Source: Candidatus Nanoarchaeia archaeon
GTDB lineage: Archaea > Nanobdellota > Nanobdellia > Woesearchaeales > JANQNC01
Assembly (NCBI GenBank): GCA_028279745.1
Contig: JANQNC010000001.1
Coordinates: forward strand, 1,140,001-1,172,000
Direction: 5' to 3'
DNA: 32,000 bases
The translations under genes were made by a program, and so were the position numbers. Each line of letters starts with the position of its first letter. Position 1 is the stretch's first letter. Of the stretch, positions 29,184-32,000 are shown in pieces. The notes under the pieces were generated by a model that saw nothing but the letters and a program-made list of their open reading frames with translations, searched no databases and had not been told where the DNA came from.

Positions 29184-30581
29184 CTATCCGAATATGTCGT
29201 CGTATTCGACTTTAGTTGTGTCAACTTGGTCTTCATTGACTTCTTGCTCTTTTGATTCTAAAACTTCTTCATACGGTTGTTTTTCTTGTTCTAATTCTTC
29301 TTCAGTTGTTTCCTCTTGAACTGTTTCTTCAACTTCAGATTCTTCAGTTGTTTCTGGTTCTGAAACTGGTTCTTCTAAGGTTGGAGTTTCTTCTTCATTA
29401 ATTTTTTCAATACTCTCTTCTGGAGCTTCTTCAATAGTCTCTTTAACTTCTGTAACTGGTTTATCTTCTACTTCTTCAACTGTTTCTTGTACTGGTTCGT
29501 CAACAGTTAATTCTTCAGTTTCTTCCTCTTCAGGCTCGTCTGAGTTTTCCATGGGGATGTTAGAAATGTCATCATCGTCAAAGTCCTCACGTTCTTGCAC
29601 TGGTTCGTCAACAGTTAATTCTTCTTCGGTTGTTTCTTCCTGGACTGTTTCTTGAGATAGTTCTTCTTCGGGTTCGTCTGTTGTTTCTGGTTCTGTTAGT
29701 TCCTCTGCTATTGGTTCTTCTGCTTCTTCTTTAGGCTCCTCTGGAGTTTCTTCACGTTCTTCTTCAATTGTATCTTCAACTTCGGTAACGGGTTCTTCTT
29801 CTACTTCTTGGATTGGCTCTTCAACAGTTTCTTCTACTTCAGTTGTTTCTTCACTAGGTTCATCTATAGAAATCTCTTCTGGTTCATCTTCAACTTTAGG
29901 TTCTTCTTCAGTTGTCTCTTCAACTTCGGGTTCTGAAACATCCTCGAATGTTTCTTCAATAGGGCCCAAGTCCTCGGGTTCTTCTTCTGGTTTTTCTATC
30001 TCTTCGATAACCTCATCTGCCACCTCTTTTTCCACCTCGCTCCCAGCTTCGTCATCAACATCTTCAATATCTAAATCTTCAACTGTTTCTTCTATCTCAG
30101 GTTCTGATTCTTCTACCTCTTCAACAGGTTCTTCTATAGAAATCTCTTCAGGTTCAGCAGAGATATCTTCAAAAGTCTCTTCTTCAGTTATAGAATCAGT
30201 TTCGGTTTGTTCTTCATTATCATAATCATATTCTCCTTTTTCAACATCAGTTTCTTCTTTAGGAGTCACTTCCTCAAGAGGTTCTTCAACTGTTTCTAAA
30301 TGGTCTGCAATAGGAACTGTTTCAACCTCTTCTTCCACTAGTTTCTCAACTTCAGGAAGGTTATCTTGAGGATCTTCAGGAATAGTTACTTCTTCATTAG
30401 AAGGTTCAATAATATTTTCAGTGTTTTCTTCTTTTTGGATCTCTGGATACTTCTGATCGCCTTTATTAGACATAATGTTTTCAGCCATACGCATTGCGTC
30501 TGTCTTAGAAGAAGCTAAACCATGTTCTTTAAGCTGTTTAGCTAGATTGTTAATCTTTTGAATATCACTTAAGCTTGTCAT
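29184..30581 (-). CDS. Extremely acidic E/T/P/V-rich repeat protein with a short structured N-terminal domain
   Basis: AGGTG lies 10 nt before ATG 30581; the track starts at TTG 30599. The N-terminus is MTSLSDIQKINNLAKQLKEHGLASSKTDAMRMAENIMSNKGDQ. About 400 aa of EE.E/TEE/VEE repeats follow, including the duplicated EELTVDEPVQE. The matching DNA repeats are 29483-29516 and 29591-29624. Confidence 0.6.
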   Translation of the reverse strand: MTSLSDIQKINNLAKQLKEHGLASSKTDAMRMAENIMSNKGDQKYPEIQKEENTENIIEPSNEEVTIPEDPQDNLPEVEKLVEEEVETVPIADHLETVEEPLEEVTPKEETDVEKGEYDYDNEEQTETDSITEEETFEDISAEPEEISIEEPVEEVEESEPEIEETVEDLDIEDVDDEAGSEVEKEVADEVIEEIEKPEEEPEDLGPIEETFEDVSEPEVEETTEEEPKVEDEPEEISIDEPSEETTEVEETVEEPIQEVEEEPVTEVEDTIEEEREETPEEPKEEAEEPIAEELTEPETTDEPEEELSQETVQEETTEEELTVDEPVQEREDFDDDDISNIPMENSDEPEEEETEELTVDEPVQETVEEVEDKPVTEVKETIEEAPEESIEKINEEETPTLEEPVSEPETTEESEVEETVQEETTEEELEQEKQPYEEVLESKEQEVNEDQVDTTKVEYDDIFG

Positions 30582-30649
30582 GTGACCCTTACACCTCAAT
30601 AAGAAATTTCTTTTACTCCTTTATAATACTTACTTTTTGCTTTTTAAAC

Positions 30650-31117
30650 TTAGTGTATCGTTGTTGTGAAAGAATTATTGTCTTTTTGAAGAAGACGTTT
30701 TTCATCATTGTTAGAAGTTTGATTTATGATTTCACCAATTAGAATAATGTGGTCTCCAGAATCAATTGAGTTAACTAACTCACATTCAATAAATGCTGAA
30801 GATTCTTTTATGTAAGAACAATCAACCTTATTGCAGTCAGCTTTTCGTAATGCTGTGTTGTCAAACTTGTTAACATGTTTCCCACTTATCAAGTTGCATT
30901 TCTTAACTTCATCAACATATCTGTAAGGCATGAAATTAACAACAAAAACTTTTGATTTCTCGATAAGTGATTTAGTTAAAGTTTCTTTCTCAACTGCTAT
31001 TGCGTATCTTTCAGGCTCAACTGAAACAGGCATATGAAAACTGCAAGGGATAACATTATCAACATCCTCTGATCTAGATGTTACCAAAACAGTCTGTGCG
31101 GGTTTGTGGAAATCCAT
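30650..31117 (-). CDS. Flavin reductase-like (FMN-binding split-barrel) protein
   Basis: Sequence PAQTVLVTSRSEDVDNVIPCSFHMPVSVEPERYAIAV...VFVVNFMP...GKHVNKFDNTAL...IKESSAFIECELV...GDHIILIGEI matches the Flavin_Reduct domain layout. Confidence 0.7.
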   Translation of the reverse strand: MDFHKPAQTVLVTSRSEDVDNVIPCSFHMPVSVEPERYAIAVEKETLTKSLIEKSKVFVVNFMPYRYVDEVKKCNLISGKHVNKFDNTALRKADCNKVDCSYIKESSAFIECELVNSIDSGDHIILIGEIINQTSNNDEKRLLQKDNNSFTTTIH

Positions 31118-31159
31118 AATAAGATTTTATCCTTCAGAGTATAAATAGGTTTTGATTTT

Positions 31160-31840
31160 TTAGTTATTTTTTAGATATGCATTTGCATTCTTATACCATG
31201 GAAGGCCATATTCTTTTGCCAATATTTTCATCTCTTTAGATTTACCTATCAAAGCGACAGGCTTTATCGGGATCTCCTTAAAGAAACAACATTCATTGTA
31301 AGGTCTTATCTGTTTTTTTGTCAGTTCCTTTAATCCGTAAGCAACCCTGAGTTCATTTAATTGTTCTAATGCCATCTTTGGATTTGGATAATTTTGAATC
31401 ATTGCTTTGTAGCTTCCTTCCATAAATCTTGAAGCGTGAGTCATCAGATTAGAAAAATAGTCGCTTGAAGTAAATGTTTCTCCATTAGTTAAAGCCATAA
31501 CATCGACAGGGCAAGCAAATGCGGGTTCTTCATCTGTCTCAAATACCAGTCCTTCTGGTCTGTAAGTATCAGGGTATTCTTTTGATAGCTTAGAAACAGA
31601 TAACCTGTCTGGGAGTTGTGAATGTTCTGTGTTGGGTCTTAATGATGCGTTACCTTCTTTTGCTGAATCCAGTACATCTGTTAAAGTTTGACTTCTGCAC
31701 TTGTATAACCCTCTGTGTTCTTCTCCATACTGAAAGTATTTTGGGGGTCTGTGAGTTAATGCCAAGGGGATGTTTGTGCATATAGCAAACCTCTCCTGGA
31801 ACCATTCAAATGTTTTTATGTATCTCATTATTTTCATCAC
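31160..31840 (-). CDS. Hypothetical protein
   Basis: 226-codon ORF with no overlaps and GAGGTG upstream of the start. I recognised no domain. Confidence 0.4.
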   Translation of the reverse strand: MMKIMRYIKTFEWFQERFAICTNIPLALTHRPPKYFQYGEEHRGLYKCRSQTLTDVLDSAKEGNASLRPNTEHSQLPDRLSVSKLSKEYPDTYRPEGLVFETDEEPAFACPVDVMALTNGETFTSSDYFSNLMTHASRFMEGSYKAMIQNYPNPKMALEQLNELRVAYGLKELTKKQIRPYNECCFFKEIPIKPVALIGKSKEMKILAKEYGLPWYKNANAYLKNN

Positions 31841-31909
31841 CTCATAGTGTTGTCACTGTGTAATGACATAGTATATTTAAATATTACCTTCCACTATGTG
31901 GGGAGTAAT

Positions 31910-32000
31910 ATGTACGAAAGGCTACTAGAAGGCAGTGGGTTGACAAAGAACGAGTCAGCAGTGTATTTAGCGCTTTTACAGATAGGTAAGTCAAAAACAG
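31910..32000 (+). CDS. TrmB-family transcriptional regulator, N-terminal HTH (partial; runs off the window)
   Basis: The product begins MYERLLEGSGLTKNESAVYLALLQIGKSKT, the TrmB HTH signature 'GLt..Ea.vYl.LL..G'. TATATTTAAATA lies about 30 nt upstream and GGGGAG before the ATG. Confidence 0.6.
   Translation, partial: MYERLLEGSGLTKNESAVYLALLQIGKSKT

Noticed and set aside
29184-30599. Periodic short repeats that at first glance could be a CRISPR array or a non-coding tandem repeat. A similar pattern occurs at 13050-14039.
   Set aside because: The repeats are irregular in length, have no unique spacers of constant size, and sit in one long open frame encoding Glu-rich protein with a good ribosome-binding site. 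They are coding low-complexity sequence, not CRISPR.

Overview
AT-rich, very gene-dense window with about 45 genes on both strands; three convergent gene pairs overlap at their 3' ends. It is clearly archaeal. It encodes transcription factor B, a GINS51-type replication factor whose stop overlaps the start of ribosomal protein L44e, and prefoldin alpha next to FtsY. Promoters are TTTAAATA-like TATA boxes, terminators are oligo-T runs, and many starts have GGAGG/AGGTG sites. The compaction, the truncated and fused genes, and the many secreted surface proteins suggest a small-genome DPANN-like archaeon, but that is inference only.

Layout:
- 1-5.9 kb: surface-protein cluster (S-layer-like domains, beta-helix proteins, lipobox proteins), a solitary Cas4-like nuclease and a CNNM/CorC transporter.
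- 5.9-10.9 kb: GINS, L44e, two paralogous glycosyltransferase-like genes and two sugar-1-P nucleotidylyltransferases.
- 10.9-14.5 kb: a Hel308 helicase truncated after RecA1, FtsY with a long E/K/P-rich extension, and prefoldin alpha.
- 14.5-15.9 kb: tandem duplicated Cys-rich PEF-CTERM-like proteins.
- 15.9-19.9 kb: a co-directional cluster of wHTH, STAS, STAS, a methyltransferase fused to a kinase-like domain, and a membrane protein.
- 20-32 kb: TFB, an AdoMetDC-like internal duplication, a bacterial-type glucokinase, a LamG-TSP3-LamG surface protein, a frameshifted HD hydrolase plus DUF3850, and an HExxH surface protein. After those come a free-standing LAGLIDADG endonuclease, an extremely acidic repeat protein, a flavin reductase-like protein and the start of a TrmB-like regulator.

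The LAGLIDADG ORF runs into a 175-nt tRNA-Leu(UAG)-like gene carrying two predicted introns, one of which forms a complete bulge-helix-bulge motif in the T-loop. I found no CRISPR array, rRNA or integrase. All domain calls come from motif reading by eye and need profile searches.
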